Of a stretch of DNA of 48,184 nt, positions 38,286-47,388 are shown in pieces (within the stretch, counting starts at the first letter, position 1; every line of letters begins with the position of its first letter). The notes beneath the pieces were generated by a model. It did no database searches. It was given only the letters and a program-made list of their open reading frames with translations, and was not told where the DNA came from. Source of the DNA: an uncultured archaeon (GTDB lineage: Archaea; Altiarchaeota; Altiarchaeia; IMC4; SCGC-AAA252-I15); assembly GCA_964587725.1 (NCBI GenBank), contig CAZPLO010000009.1, positions 1-48,184 of the forward strand. Direction: 5' to 3'. The position numbers were made by a program, and so were the translations under genes.

Positions 38286-38912
38286 CTAAAAATATAGTCT
38301 CCCCACTTTTTTAACGGCCTCCGCCTTCGCAGGCGGCCCGTGGCCCGGGTAAAAGGTTTCCACGCCTTCCGCGTCAACGAACTCCTCCAGCCTCCTCAAA
38401 GACTCCTCCAAGTCATCCCAGCTGCCCCCCTGGAAATCCGTCCTCCCCACGCCTGTGGCGAACACTGTGTCGCCGGTGAACAGACTCCCTGAACCCCGTT
38501 CATACAGGCATATGCTGCCGGGCGTGTGCCCCGGCGTATGCAGCACCTCCAACGCCACACCCCCCAAGTCTACGACGTCCCCGTCTCTGAGGCGGCGGTC
38601 CACCCGGTGCCTGACGGGCTCGGCACCGAACAATGAGGCGAGCTGCAGGCCGTCAACACCCGTCTCCAACGCCCCGGCGTCGCATTCACCGGCTGAAACC
38701 TCAGGAGAAAACATTTTCAGAATTCCAGGGTTGGCTCCGACGTGGTCGAAGTGGCAGTGAGTATTTATTAAGACGTCAATACCTATATTATCCTCACCAA
38801 CGTGGTTCAGAACCCGCGAGGCATCCAGGCCGGGGTCGATGACGCACGTTCTCTCGCATGAGACGACGTACGCGTTAGACTCCATGGAGGTGCTGAGCAG
38901 GCTGTGAATCAC
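38286..38912 (-). CDS. MBL-fold metallo-hydrolase (glyoxalase II-like)
   Basis: THCHFDH, HTPGHTPGS, FTGD, PGHG. Confidence 0.92.
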   Translation of the reverse strand: MIHSLLSTSMESNAYVVSCERTCVIDPGLDASRVLNHVGEDNIGIDVLINTHCHFDHVGANPGILKMFSPEVSAGECDAGALETGVDGLQLASLFGAEPVRHRVDRRLRDGDVVDLGGVALEVLHTPGHTPGSICLYERGSGSLFTGDTVFATGVGRTDFQGGSWDDLEESLRRLEEFVDAEGVETFYPGHGPPAKAEAVKKVGRLYF

Positions 38913-39038
38913 GGATAAATATATAGGCTAAGTCTATATATGGTATTCACGACCCGTCCCCCGTTTGAGGGGATTTAGTCGGGCTCACAGAAGCCCTTGA
39001 CGAGACTAATGACGGAAAACGGGCTTACCTTACACTAT

Positions 39039-39145
39039 GCCGAGGTGGCGGAGTCCGGTTCAACGCGCGGGCCTTGAAATCATATACTTGACTTGAAAGC
39101 CCGTGTCCCCCCGGGGACACTTGAGTTCAAATCTCAACCTCGGCG
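39039..39145 (+). tRNA. tRNA-Ser(UGA) with a 19-nt intron at 37/38 (39079-39097)
   Basis: Acceptor GCCGAGG/CCTCGGC plus G73, anticodon stem CGGGC/GCCCG, loop CT-TGA-A, long variable arm, T arm TTGAG-TTCAAAT-CTCAA. Confidence 0.9.
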
Positions 39146-39215
39146 AACCTTTTACAAAAAGGTTCATGTGGTCGAGCAGAGCTCGGACAGGTGTCGGACG
39201 CAAAGCGTCCGACAC
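39145..39215. repeat. Palindromic module cluster immediately 3' of tRNA-Ser
   Basis: GAACCTTTT-ACA-AAAAGGTTC, CGAGC-AGA-GCTCG, and GTGTCGGACGC-AAA-GCGTCCGACAC (11-bp arms). Confidence 0.8.
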
Positions 39216-39232
39216 ATCAAAAGAATTTGCAT

Positions 39233-39310
39233 TTGAGTTCAAACGACGGCTTCGCAGAAGCCGGCGCGCCGAAAGCCGAATGGCTTTCGAGCGTCTCAAC
39301 CTCGGCGAAC
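39233..39310 (+). repeat. Duplicated tRNA-Ser 3' end (T arm plus acceptor 3' strand) interrupted by a 50-nt hairpin insert in the T-loop
   Basis: TTGAGTTCAAA (39233-39243) + insert (39244-39293) + TCTCAACCTCGGCGAAC (39294-39310) matches 39121-39148 exactly once the insert is removed. Confidence 0.85.
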
Positions 39311-39318
39311 GACATAAG

Positions 39319-39870
39319 ATGGCGGATAAGAAGGACAAGCAGGATTCCGGGAAGGAGAAACCCAAGGGTAAGGGTAAGAAGAAGCCCGAGTCCAAGGAGA
39401 AGCAGTCAGGCGAAGGCAAGGGCGTCCAGCAGCTGGTCCGTCTCTCGGGTGTGGTAGTCGACGGAAGCCTGACCCTGCCGAAGGCGCTGATGAAGGTTAA
39501 GGGTGTCGGCCCGCGTGTGGCAGACGCGTTGATACCCCAGCTTGGAATCCCCGCGGACGAGCGCGTCGGAAACCTGAGCGAGGAGCAGATAGCCGACGTG
39601 GAGGGTAAGCTGGAGAAAATCCACGAACTCCTGCCCGAGTGGATGCTGAACAGGAGGAAGGACGTTGACACGGGCATGAACCTCCACAAGTTCGGACCCG
39701 AACTGGACATGCAGAAGCGGGAGGACATCAACCGGGAGAAGAAGATAAAATCCTACCGCGGCGTCAGACACAGCCTGAACCTGCCGGTGCGTGGTCAGCG
39801 CACCCGCTCGTCTTTCAGGACCGGCGGCACACTAGGCGTGAGCAGGAAGAAGGTGAAGTCAGGTAAGTAA
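39319..39870 (+). CDS. rps13: 30S ribosomal protein S13 (uS13)
   Basis: KGVGPRVA, PEWMLNRRKD, SYRGVRH..LPVRGQRTRS. ATG at 39319. Confidence 0.96.
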   Translation: MADKKDKQDSGKEKPKGKGKKKPESKEKQSGEGKGVQQLVRLSGVVVDGSLTLPKALMKVKGVGPRVADALIPQLGIPADERVGNLSEEQIADVEGKLEKIHELLPEWMLNRRKDVDTGMNLHKFGPELDMQKREDINREKKIKSYRGVRHSLNLPVRGQRTRSSFRTGGTLGVSRKKVKSGK

Positions 39871-39871
39871 A

Positions 39872-40381
39872 ATGGGCACCCCAGGCAAGCAGCGGAGGAA
39901 GTTCAGCAGGCCCAAGCACCCGTGGAGGATAGAGAGGGTCACGGGGGAGAAGGAAATCCAGTCCAAATACGGCCTCAAAAACAAGCGCGAGATATGGAGG
40001 GCGAGGAGCATGCTGGGGAGGGTGCGCCAGCAGGCGAGGAAACTGCTCCCGTTGACGGACGAGGGCTCGGAGAAGGAGAAGCGTGAATTGATAGCAAAAA
40101 TCAACCGCATGGGCATAAACATCAAGACAGCCGACGACATACTCGGGTTGGGCGTGGAAGACATACTCGACCGGCGCCTGCAGACCGTGGTTTTCAGGCG
40201 CGGCCTGGCAAACACGCCGAGGCAGGCTCGGCAGTTCATAGTACATAACCACGTATACGTGGGAGGCCATAAGGTCAGCGTACCCGGCTACATGGTATTG
40301 GCGCAGGAGGAAGGTACCATCCGGTTGGCTGACGACATAAAGGTGGAGCAAAGTGTCAGAGGACAAGAAGAGTCAATCTGA
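39872..40381 (+). CDS. rps4: 30S ribosomal protein S4 (uS4)
   Basis: [31 protein letters not shown]. Confidence 0.96.
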   Translation: MGTPGKQRRKFSRPKHPWRIERVTGEKEIQSKYGLKNKREIWRARSMLGRVRQQARKLLPLTDEGSEKEKRELIAKINRMGINIKTADDILGLGVEDILDRRLQTVVFRRGLANTPRQARQFIVHNHVYVGGHKVSVPGYMVLAQEEGTIRLADDIKVEQSVRGQEESI

Positions 40382-40934
40382 AGAGGAGGGGGTGAAGGCC
40401 CAGGAGGCTGAGCCACAGCCCGAGGAGGCTCCGGAACAGCCTGAGGAATCGGCTGAGCAGTCCGAGAAACCCTCGGAGGATCAGTCCGGGGGGTCGGCTG
40501 AAAAGGAGAAGAAAACCAGAAAACAGCCCGCCGCACCGAAGAAGAGAAAGGAGCTGTGGGGCGTCCTCCACATGTACTCGTCGAAAAACAACACCATATT
40601 GCATGTAACCGACGTGACCGGCGCCGAAACCGTGGCCATACAGTCCGGCGGCCAGATAGTGAGGTCGGACCGTGAGGAGGGTTCACCGTATGCGGCCATG
40701 CAGGCGGCCTCAAACATTGCCTCAGCTATAAAGGAGAAGGGGTTCAGCGGAGTCCACATCAAAGTCCGCGCCCCAGGAGGCCACAACGGCCCCAAATACC
40801 CCGGCAAGGGGGCGCAGGCGGCCATCCGCGCCATATCCCGTTCCGGGGTGAAGATAGGCCGCATAGAAGACGTTACGCCCATACCCCACGACGGCTGCAG
40901 GCCGAAGGGCGGTAAACGGGGGAGGAGGGTATGA
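40353..40934 (+). CDS. rps11: 30S ribosomal protein S11 (uS11) with an acidic N-terminal extension
   Basis: [46 protein letters not shown]. Confidence 0.96.
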   Translation: MSEDKKSQSEEEGVKAQEAEPQPEEAPEQPEESAEQSEKPSEDQSGGSAEKEKKTRKQPAAPKKRKELWGVLHMYSSKNNTILHVTDVTGAETVAIQSGGQIVRSDREEGSPYAAMQAASNIASAIKEKGFSGVHIKVRAPGGHNGPKYPGKGAQAAIRAISRSGVKIGRIEDVTPIPHDGCRPKGGKRGRRV

Positions 40935-41545
40935 TGAAGGTAACCAACTTCAAACAGGACGGGGATAGTGTTGAATTCGACGTGGAAGGCGTGAACATTA
41001 AGATGTTGAACGCGTTCCGGAGAACCATCATATCCCGGGTGCCGGTGATGGCGGCGGAGAAGGTGACGGTCTACAACAACTCATCCATATTAAACGACGA
41101 GAACCTAGTGCACAGGATCGGTTTGATGCCGTTGACAACGGACCTGAAAACCTATGTTCCAAGGGGTGAGTGCACGTGCAAGGGGAAGGGCTGCGCCAAG
41201 TGCACGGCCACCATAACCCTGGATGTTTCGGAGGCGGGTTCGGTGTACAGCGGCGACTTCAAAACCACAGACGAGGCCGTGAAGCACGTGTACGAGAAGA
41301 TGCCGTTGGTGAAGCTGATGCCCGGGCAGAAAATCAAGCTGGAGGCGGAGGCCATACTCGGCTACGGCAGCGACCACGTGAAATGGCAGCCGGGGCTGGC
41401 GTCCTACGAAGTCAAAGACAAGGACAAAAAATCATACCATGTGGTGGTGGAGTCGTACGGGCAGTTGCCCGTCGGCGAACTAGTGAAGAAAACCTTCGAG
41501 GTGGTTGACGACAAAATCAAGGAGCTTGAGAAAGCAGTCAAATAA
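40931..41545 (+). CDS. rpoD: DNA-directed RNA polymerase subunit D (Rpo3)
   Basis: NAFRRTI..VP, NSS...[11 protein letters not shown], Cys cluster, HVKWQP. Confidence 0.95.
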   Translation: MMKVTNFKQDGDSVEFDVEGVNIKMLNAFRRTIISRVPVMAAEKVTVYNNSSILNDENLVHRIGLMPLTTDLKTYVPRGECTCKGKGCAKCTATITLDVSEAGSVYSGDFKTTDEAVKHVYEKMPLVKLMPGQKIKLEAEAILGYGSDHVKWQPGLASYEVKDKDKKSYHVVVESYGQLPVGELVKKTFEVVDDKIKELEKAVK

Positions 41546-41549
41546 ACAT

Positions 41550-41735
41550 GCGGGGGTGCCCGAGTCCGGTCAAACATATCCGTCTCACCCCCCTATTTCA
41601 CTTTCAAGTTGAAAGGAGACGATATGGGCCAAAGGGGCACGGTTGAGGATCGCCGAGCAAGCTCGGATTTTTGCTTGCGGGCAAGCAAATGCCGTGTGGC
41701 GCAGGCCTACGCGAGTTCGAACCTCGCCCCCCGCA
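41550..41735 (+). tRNA. tRNA-Leu(GAG) with two introns: D-loop (41574-41632) and anticodon loop (about 41649-41690)
   Basis: Acceptor GCGGGGG/CCCCCGC plus A73, spliced D-loop GAGTCCGGTCAAAGGG, anticodon stem CACGG/CCGTG with TT-GAG-G, T arm GCGAG-TTCGAAC-CTCGC. Lies at the canonical tRNA-Leu position between rpoD and L18e. Confidence 0.85.
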
Positions 41736-41758
41736 AATCCCAATAACAAAACAAGAAG

Positions 41759-42124
41759 ATGGTTAAGGCGGTTGAGTACGCGGATCCAGGAAGGCTGGAT
41801 TTGATCAGGCGGCTGGAGAGTGTTGCGAAGGAGAACGGCTCCAGCGTGTGGTCTACGGTGGCTGAGGAGCTGTCCAGGGTTCGGAGGAACCGCCGCATAG
41901 TCAACGTCCACAAACTGGACCGCCACACCGGCGACGGAGACATAGTCGTGGTTCCGGGGAAGGTGTTGGGTTCCGGTACGCTGAGCCATAAGGTGGATGT
42001 GGCGGCGTTCCGTTTCACCGCCGGAGCGGAGAAGAAGATACGGGGTGCTGGCGGGAAAACCATGTCCATATTGGAGTTGCTGAGCAGCAACCCCAAAGGC
42101 AGCAGAATAAAGTTGATGGGTTAA
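41759..42124 (+). CDS. rpl18e: 50S ribosomal protein L18e
   Basis: VNVHKL, VVPGKVLGSG, VAAFRFT, NPKGS, and its position in the operon. Confidence 0.94.
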   Translation: MVKAVEYADPGRLDLIRRLESVAKENGSSVWSTVAEELSRVRRNRRIVNVHKLDRHTGDGDIVVVPGKVLGSGTLSHKVDVAAFRFTAGAEKKIRGAGGKTMSILELLSSNPKGSRIKLMG

Positions 42125-42125
42125 A

Positions 42126-42554
42126 TTGAAGGTCATAAACGCTGAACGCAGGGTGCTTGGGAGGATGGCTTCGGAGGCTGCGAAGCAGGCACTGCTGGGG
42201 GAGGATGTGTTCATAGTCAACGCCGAGAAAGCGTATGTTTCAGGTGACATGAAGGCAGTGTTCAGGGAGAAACGCGCTAAGCTCGACATCAAAAACAAGG
42301 GCAACCGTCTGGGAGGCCCATTCCACCAGAGGCGGCCGGACAGGTTCGTCCGCAGGACCGTCAGGGGGATGCTGCCGTGGAAGAGGCAGCGGGGCCGGGA
42401 AGCCTATAAGAGGGTTCGCGTCTACATAGGGGTGCCGGAGGACGAGTTGAAGAAACACAACGTCGCCAAAGTACCTGATGCGAAGCACAAGAAGAAGCTG
42501 AGGCGGAAGGTTACGGTGGCGGAAATATGCAGTCACCTGGGAGGTAGTTGGTGA
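42126..42554 (+). CDS. rpl13: 50S ribosomal protein L13 (uL13)
   Basis: VLGRMAS..AK, VNAEKA, GPFH.RRPD, RGMLP. TTG start. Confidence 0.95.
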   Translation: MKVINAERRVLGRMASEAAKQALLGEDVFIVNAEKAYVSGDMKAVFREKRAKLDIKNKGNRLGGPFHQRRPDRFVRRTVRGMLPWKRQRGREAYKRVRVYIGVPEDELKKHNVAKVPDAKHKKKLRRKVTVAEICSHLGGSW

Positions 42555-42964
42555 TGGATTTGACACATCAGTCGGGGAAGAGGAAGGAGGCTGTGGCGAG
42601 GACCACGGTGAAGAAAGGCAGCGGAATCATAAGAATAAACACGATGTTAATCGACAACTTCACGCCGAAGCTGGCCAGGGACCGGATACGGCAGCCCCTG
42701 CTCATGGCCGACGGCATAGTCGACTTAGGCAAGGTGGACATCAAGGTGGTGTCCAACGGCGGAGGCGTCATGGGGCAGGCGGACGCTATCGCGTCATCCA
42801 TAGCGAGGGCGCTGGTGGATTACTCCGGCAGCGACGAACTACACGACCTCTACGTCAGACACGACCGCACGTTGATTGCGGGAGACCACCGTGAGACGGA
42901 GGTTCACAAGCCCGGTCAGTCCAGCAAGGGGCCGAGGCATAAGAGGCAGAAATCATACAGGTGA
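42554..42964 (+). CDS. rps9: 30S ribosomal protein S9 (uS9)
   Basis: GKRKEAVAR, GGGVMGQADA, RQKSYR C-terminus. Confidence 0.96.
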   Translation: MDLTHQSGKRKEAVARTTVKKGSGIIRINTMLIDNFTPKLARDRIRQPLLMADGIVDLGKVDIKVVSNGGGVMGQADAIASSIARALVDYSGSDELHDLYVRHDRTLIAGDHRETEVHKPGQSSKGPRHKRQKSYR

Positions 42965-42968
42965 TACC

Positions 42969-43166
42969 ATGATTATTCCAATGCGTTGTTTCAGCTGCGG
43001 GAAGCCGCTGGCGCAGGACTGGGACGAATACCAGGAGAGGACCGGGAAGGGGGAGGACGCTAGGAAGGTGCTGGACTCCCTCGGCTACAAACGGTACTGT
43101 TGCAGGCGGATGTTCATCAGCCACAGTGAAATAATAGACGACGCCATGAAACACAAGAGGTTTTGA
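42969..43166 (+). CDS. rpoN: DNA-directed RNA polymerase subunit N (Rpo10)
   Basis: [12 protein letters not shown]...[13 protein letters not shown]. Confidence 0.96.
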   Translation: MIIPMRCFSCGKPLAQDWDEYQERTGKGEDARKVLDSLGYKRYCCRRMFISHSEIIDDAMKHKRF

Positions 43167-43168
43167 CG

Positions 43169-43336
43169 GTGAAGTACGAGAGATTCGAGAGGGCACGGGT
43201 TATCGGCGCCAGGGCGCTTCAGATTAAGATGGGCGCGCCGGTTCTGGTGGACGTGAAAGACGATGTCTCGGCGTTGGAGGTTGCGAAGCGCGAGTTCGAA
43301 CAGGACGTCATACCGATTACAGTGAAGAGAAAATGA
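43169..43336 (+). CDS. rpoK: DNA-directed RNA polymerase subunit K (Rpo6), absent from the ORF track
   Basis: Manual translation [27 protein letters not shown]...PITVKRK. An alternative TTG start lies at 43163. Confidence 0.95.
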   Translation: MKYERFERARVIGARALQIKMGAPVLVDVKDDVSALEVAKREFEQDVIPITVKRK

Positions 43337-44022
43337 AAGGGGAAGAGCAGACTACGGAGGAGAAGCTGTTGGTTTCGCTGGACGACTATTTGTCCAACGG
43401 AGTCCACGTGGGTTTGAAGTACAAGTCCGCGGACATGCGACCTTTCATATACAAGATACGTTCGGACAAGCTCTGCGTCTTCGACGTCCAGAAGATAGAC
43501 GAGCGCCTCCGGATGGCCGCCAACTTCATAGCGTCCTACAAGCCGGAGGACGTGTTGGTGGTGTCCAACCGCGTTTACGGGCGCCGGCCGGTTAAAAAGT
43601 TCGCGGAGGCGACGGGCGTGAAATACGTGGGCGACCGCCTCGTGTCCGGCACATTAACAAACCCCCAAATAGAGGATTACGTGGAGCCGAAACTGTTGAT
43701 AGTGACAGACCCCACCGCCGACCAGCAGGCCATCAAGGAGGCCAGGGAGGCGGGCGTAACCGTTCTCGCAATCTGCGACACCAACACGCGAACCAGGGAC
43801 ATAGACTTCATCGTGCCCAGCAACAACAAGGGCAAGAACTCCCTGGCGCTGATTTACTGGATTCTGTCCAGGGAGGTGCTGAGGCTCCGGGGCATAGACG
43901 AGTTCGACACCCCGTTCGAGGAATACGTCAGCACCGCGGAGCCGCAGCCCTACCTCATAACCCTGCAGGAGCGGGCGAAGCAGAAGCGGCAGAAGAAGCG
44001 CCGCGGCGGCAGGCGCAGGTAA
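43333..44022 (+). CDS. rps2: 30S ribosomal protein S2 (uS2)
   Basis: [28 protein letters not shown]. Confidence 0.96.
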   Translation: MKGEEQTTEEKLLVSLDDYLSNGVHVGLKYKSADMRPFIYKIRSDKLCVFDVQKIDERLRMAANFIASYKPEDVLVVSNRVYGRRPVKKFAEATGVKYVGDRLVSGTLTNPQIEDYVEPKLLIVTDPTADQQAIKEAREAGVTVLAICDTNTRTRDIDFIVPSNNKGKNSLALIYWILSREVLRLRGIDEFDTPFEEYVSTAEPQPYLITLQERAKQKRQKKRRGGRRR

Positions 44023-44053
44023 CCTTTTTTTATACCCTGAACTCATTCATTAC

Positions 44054-45952
44054 ATGCGCTACGACAAATCACTGGTGTATTCTGCGGCCGCACTGTCCAT
44101 CCTCGCATTCCTCCTCATCCCCCGCTACCTGAAACCGTCGTATCCGGGGATGCTGCTGTCCCTCGCATACTTCACACTCCTCTTATACTCTCTGGGCTAC
44201 TCCGTCACCAAGGACGTGTACGAAGCCGAACCGGTGGAGTCGATTGTTATGAGGGTGGGTTTCGGCCTCGCAGCCCTCCCCCTCGTGTTCACCGTATTAG
44301 ATGCGGCCAATCTCCTCATATGGTATGTTCCCCTCGCGTTGTCGCTCATACGGCCTTCACTGGATTTCATCCGCGGCTGGCGGCCTTCACTGCATAAGCC
44401 CCGGTTCGGATTCAACGCCTCCGCCGCCCTTCTCATAGCGGCGTTGATGTTCACTGTGGCGTTGTACGGCTCCTACGTTTACCCCTACCTGGAGGACGGG
44501 GACCCGTGGGAGCACGCCGTTGGCGTGAAATACGTCTCCCTTTTCCATACGTACACCAAGCCGGAGGGCGTCTACGTCGCCCACTACATTAAACCGTATC
44601 CCCCAGCATACGACACCCTGTTGGGTCTGACACACCAGCTTAACACTTCGGTGTCGTGGACGATGAAAGCGTTCAACAGCGTCCTCGTCGGGCTTTCATA
44701 CGCGTTCGCCTTTTTTTTCGCGAAAAAAATGGCTGGTCCGCGCACGGCCTTGTTCGCCGTCCTGGTTCTGGCCGCCCTCCCACCATTCGGAAGCCACAGC
44801 ATCTGGGCCCACACAATGGCTGCCGCCGCCTTGTTTCCCGTATTCTACTCCGTCGAACACCTCCGCTCCAGCCGGAGATGGCTCGTCCCGTCCGCAGTCA
44901 TGCTGGGTGGTAGTCTCATCATGCAGCCGCTGATGTCATTCGTCTTCGGAGTCTTCCTGGCTTTATACGCCTTACCCCGCGTGTTGGCCGACAGAAGCAG
45001 CATGAAAACATACGCGTCGTTGGCGGTCCTCGGTCTTCTGTTGTCGATGGTGTATTGGCTGCCGATTTTCACCAACCCGGTCGGTGACCTGGAGGGCGTC
45101 GGCGCGCAGGTTTCCCGGGGTGACTTCAGGATAGGTGTTAAGGAGGAGTCCAACCCGTCCGCCGCCCAGGTTCTGTTCCCCGCAACCCACGGCGACATAT
45201 TCATGCACGAAGGCTACGGACTGTTTGCTGTGCTGCTGGTGTTCATGGCATTAGACCACGTACTGCGCACCGGCACCAAGTTCCTATCCAAGAATCCGTG
45301 GTTCGCGTCGATGTTTCTGTGGCTGGCTTTCTCCACATTCCTCCTGCATTCATCCGACCTGCCTGTTGCCATGTGGCCGCAGCGGTTCTGGGGAATAGGC
45401 GCAATCCCGTTGTCGATGCTGGCGGGCTTCACCCTCGCCAACCTCGGCAGGATACGTTGGATTCCGCCGAAGTTCACCAACCATGTACTGGCTTTCTTGG
45501 TGGCTGGTCTGCTGCTTACCTCCGCATATCCGAAACTGGTTGTTCAGACCAAGCAGTGGCCGTCTGACCTGGGCAAACACATGGACGGCGACATCAAGGC
45601 GTACACGACACTCCAGTATCTTCAGCCGGACATGCCGGTGTATCCATTGTGCGTGGAGGACAAGTTCGTCGTCGGCATGGACAAACTCAGCGCCCCGTGG
45701 AAGCCTGAGATAACAGGCTTCCGCGACGGCGCATTATACAAGAGCGCCGGCGACATACACTCTTTCCTTGATGAATGGGGTTTCCAGTATGCGACGGCCG
45801 ACATCCACTGCATCAAAAAATGCGTTGACGCGGGCGGCGCGCCGGAAGACTGCTACGCCGCATTAATCGGGTTACTCCGTGACATGCGGCGGCACCCGGG
45901 CCTCACCCTGGAGTACAGGGACAACAGCACCGGCGTGTTCAGCGTCTCCTGA
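44054..45952 (+). CDS. Large multi-pass membrane protein, GT-C/glycosylation-associated-like
   Basis: More than 12 TM segments, loop '[14 protein letters not shown]...PYPPAYD', C-terminal soluble domain. Confidence 0.6.
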   Translation: MRYDKSLVYSAAALSILAFLLIPRYLKPSYPGMLLSLAYFTLLLYSLGYSVTKDVYEAEPVESIVMRVGFGLAALPLVFTVLDAANLLIWYVPLALSLIRPSLDFIRGWRPSLHKPRFGFNASAALLIAALMFTVALYGSYVYPYLEDGDPWEHAVGVKYVSLFHTYTKPEGVYVAHYIKPYPPAYDTLLGLTHQLNTSVSWTMKAFNSVLVGLSYAFAFFFAKKMAGPRTALFAVLVLAALPPFGSHSIWAHTMAAAALFPVFYSVEHLRSSRRWLVPSAVMLGGSLIMQPLMSFVFGVFLALYALPRVLADRSSMKTYASLAVLGLLLSMVYWLPIFTNPVGDLEGVGAQVSRGDFRIGVKEESNPSAAQVLFPATHGDIFMHEGYGLFAVLLVFMALDHVLRTGTKFLSKNPWFASMFLWLAFSTFLLHSSDLPVAMWPQRFWGIGAIPLSMLAGFTLANLGRIRWIPPKFTNHVLAFLVAGLLLTSAYPKLVVQTKQWPSDLGKHMDGDIKAYTTLQYLQPDMPVYPLCVEDKFVVGMDKLSAPWKPEITGFRDGALYKSAGDIHSFLDEWGFQYATADIHCIKKCVDAGGAPEDCYAALIGLLRDMRRHPGLTLEYRDNSTGVFSVS

Positions 45953-47210
45953 AATCTCGGCCCGGGTATCTGGCCTTCGAACCAAGCTGTTCCTCTATGC
46001 GCAGCAGCTGGTTGTATTTCGCCAGTCGTTCGCTCCTCGCGGGGGCGCCGGTCTTTATCTGGCCGGTGTCCAACCCCACTGAGAGGTCTGCGATGAAGCT
46101 GTCTTCGGTTTCCCCGGAGCGGTGTGAGACTGTGACCCCCCATCCGCTGTCGTAGCTCAGATTGGCTGCGTCGATAGACTCTGTGACGGAACCTATCTGG
46201 TTCACCTTCAGCAGCAGTGCGTTGCATGCTTTCTCGTCAATCGCCTTACTTATCCTCTTCACGTTGGTGACGAGGAGGTCGTCGCCGGTCAACTGTATCT
46301 TGGACCCGAGCTTCTCCACCAGCATAGCCCACCCGCTCCAGTCGTCTTCCGCCATACCGTCTTCGATGGAGACGATGGGGAACGTGCTGCAGAGGTCGGC
46401 GTAGAAGTCCACCATGTCGGCGGGCTCGTATTTTTTCTCGCCTATCATGTAGTATCCGCCGTCGCCGTAGAAAAACTCGCTGGAGGCGGGGTCCAACGCC
46501 ATCGCCATCTCCTTTCCGTATCCTGCTTCTTCGGCGGCCTTGGCCATCAATTCCAGCCTCTCATGCGGCGTGTCGATGGGCGGCACGAACCCGCCTTCGT
46601 CGCCGAGGTGGGTTGCGTGGACTCCGTATTTTTTCTTAAGCATCCTCTTAAGCGTGTGGTAGACTTCCGCGCCCATCCGTATTCCTTCCGCGAATGTTTT
46701 GGCTCCGACTGGCATGTACATGTTCTCCTGTATGTCGTTTTCCTTCCCGGCGTGTTTCCCGCCGTTTATGACGTTCAACTGCGGCACCGGCAGCGTCACG
46801 CCCTTGCTGCCTGCGAGCACGGCGATGTGCTCGTACAGCGGCTCCCCCGCTTCCCCGGCGGCGGCCTTGCACGCGGCCATCGACACAGCCAGTATGGCGT
46901 TCGCGCCCAGGTTGCCCTTGTTTTCTGTGCCGTCCAACCCTATCATCAGCTCGTCGAGTCCGCGCTGGTCGGACGGGTCCAATCCCTTCACCTTCGGGGC
47001 TATGGTTTTGTTGACGTTTTCAACGGCCTTCAACACGCCTTTGCCGCCGTATCTTTCGCCTCCGTCCCGCAGTTCAACTGCTTCGTGGGTGCCGGTGGAT
47101 GCGCCGCTGGGCACCATCGCCATGTACACGCCGCCCGCCTTCAAGTCTACCTCTATCGTGGGGTTGCCCCGTGAATCCAGCACCTCCCGTGCATGAACCG
47201 ACTCTATCAT
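45939..47210 (-). CDS. eno: Enolase
   Basis: [64 protein letters not shown] at 47210 follows GGTGA; an alternative GTG lies at 47219. Confidence 0.97.
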   Translation of the reverse strand: MIESVHAREVLDSRGNPTIEVDLKAGGVYMAMVPSGASTGTHEAVELRDGGERYGGKGVLKAVENVNKTIAPKVKGLDPSDQRGLDELMIGLDGTENKGNLGANAILAVSMAACKAAAGEAGEPLYEHIAVLAGSKGVTLPVPQLNVINGGKHAGKENDIQENMYMPVGAKTFAEGIRMGAEVYHTLKRMLKKKYGVHATHLGDEGGFVPPIDTPHERLELMAKAAEEAGYGKEMAMALDPASSEFFYGDGGYYMIGEKKYEPADMVDFYADLCSTFPIVSIEDGMAEDDWSGWAMLVEKLGSKIQLTGDDLLVTNVKRISKAIDEKACNALLLKVNQIGSVTESIDAANLSYDSGWGVTVSHRSGETEDSFIADLSVGLDTGQIKTGAPARSERLAKYNQLLRIEEQLGSKARYPGRDFRRR

Positions 47211-47282
47211 CTCATTCACCGTGAAAACTGAATCAGTTATGAGATTCACTGTTTTTAAACCGCCCCTTCCGTAATAGGTTAC

Positions 47283-47370
47283 GCGGCCCCCCACGAGGGT
47301 TACCTTCGGTGAGAGCAGAAGACGTCCGTCGATCAATGACCCAAGGCTTTAGTGTCGGGGGCCACACCCC
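47283..47370 (+). ncRNA. Candidate small structured RNA (possibly H/ACA-like)
   Basis: GC-rich stem GGCCCCC/GGGGGCC followed directly by ACA, with TTTAAA about 24 nt upstream and T-tracts downstream. Confidence 0.3.
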
Positions 47371-47388
47371 ATTTTCATAAATAATTTA

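Noticed and set aside
38980-39028. RNase P CR-V-like ending (GGAAAACGGGCTTA)
   Set aside because: The region is too short and lacks the matching CR-I/P4 strand.
39039-39145. tRNA-Sec, suggested by the long variable arm and a TCA in the loop region
   Set aside because: It has a standard 7/5 acceptor/T-stem, TGA occupies the anticodon position, and the TCA lies within the intron.
39103-39318. N-terminal 72 aa of the 255-aa ORF call for S13
   Set aside because: It overlaps tRNA-Ser and the palindrome cluster. The real start is ATG 39319.
41165-41205. Cys cluster [11 protein letters not shown] in RpoD
   Set aside because: It matches the metal-binding insertion known in many RpoD/Rpb3 proteins, so it is not novel.
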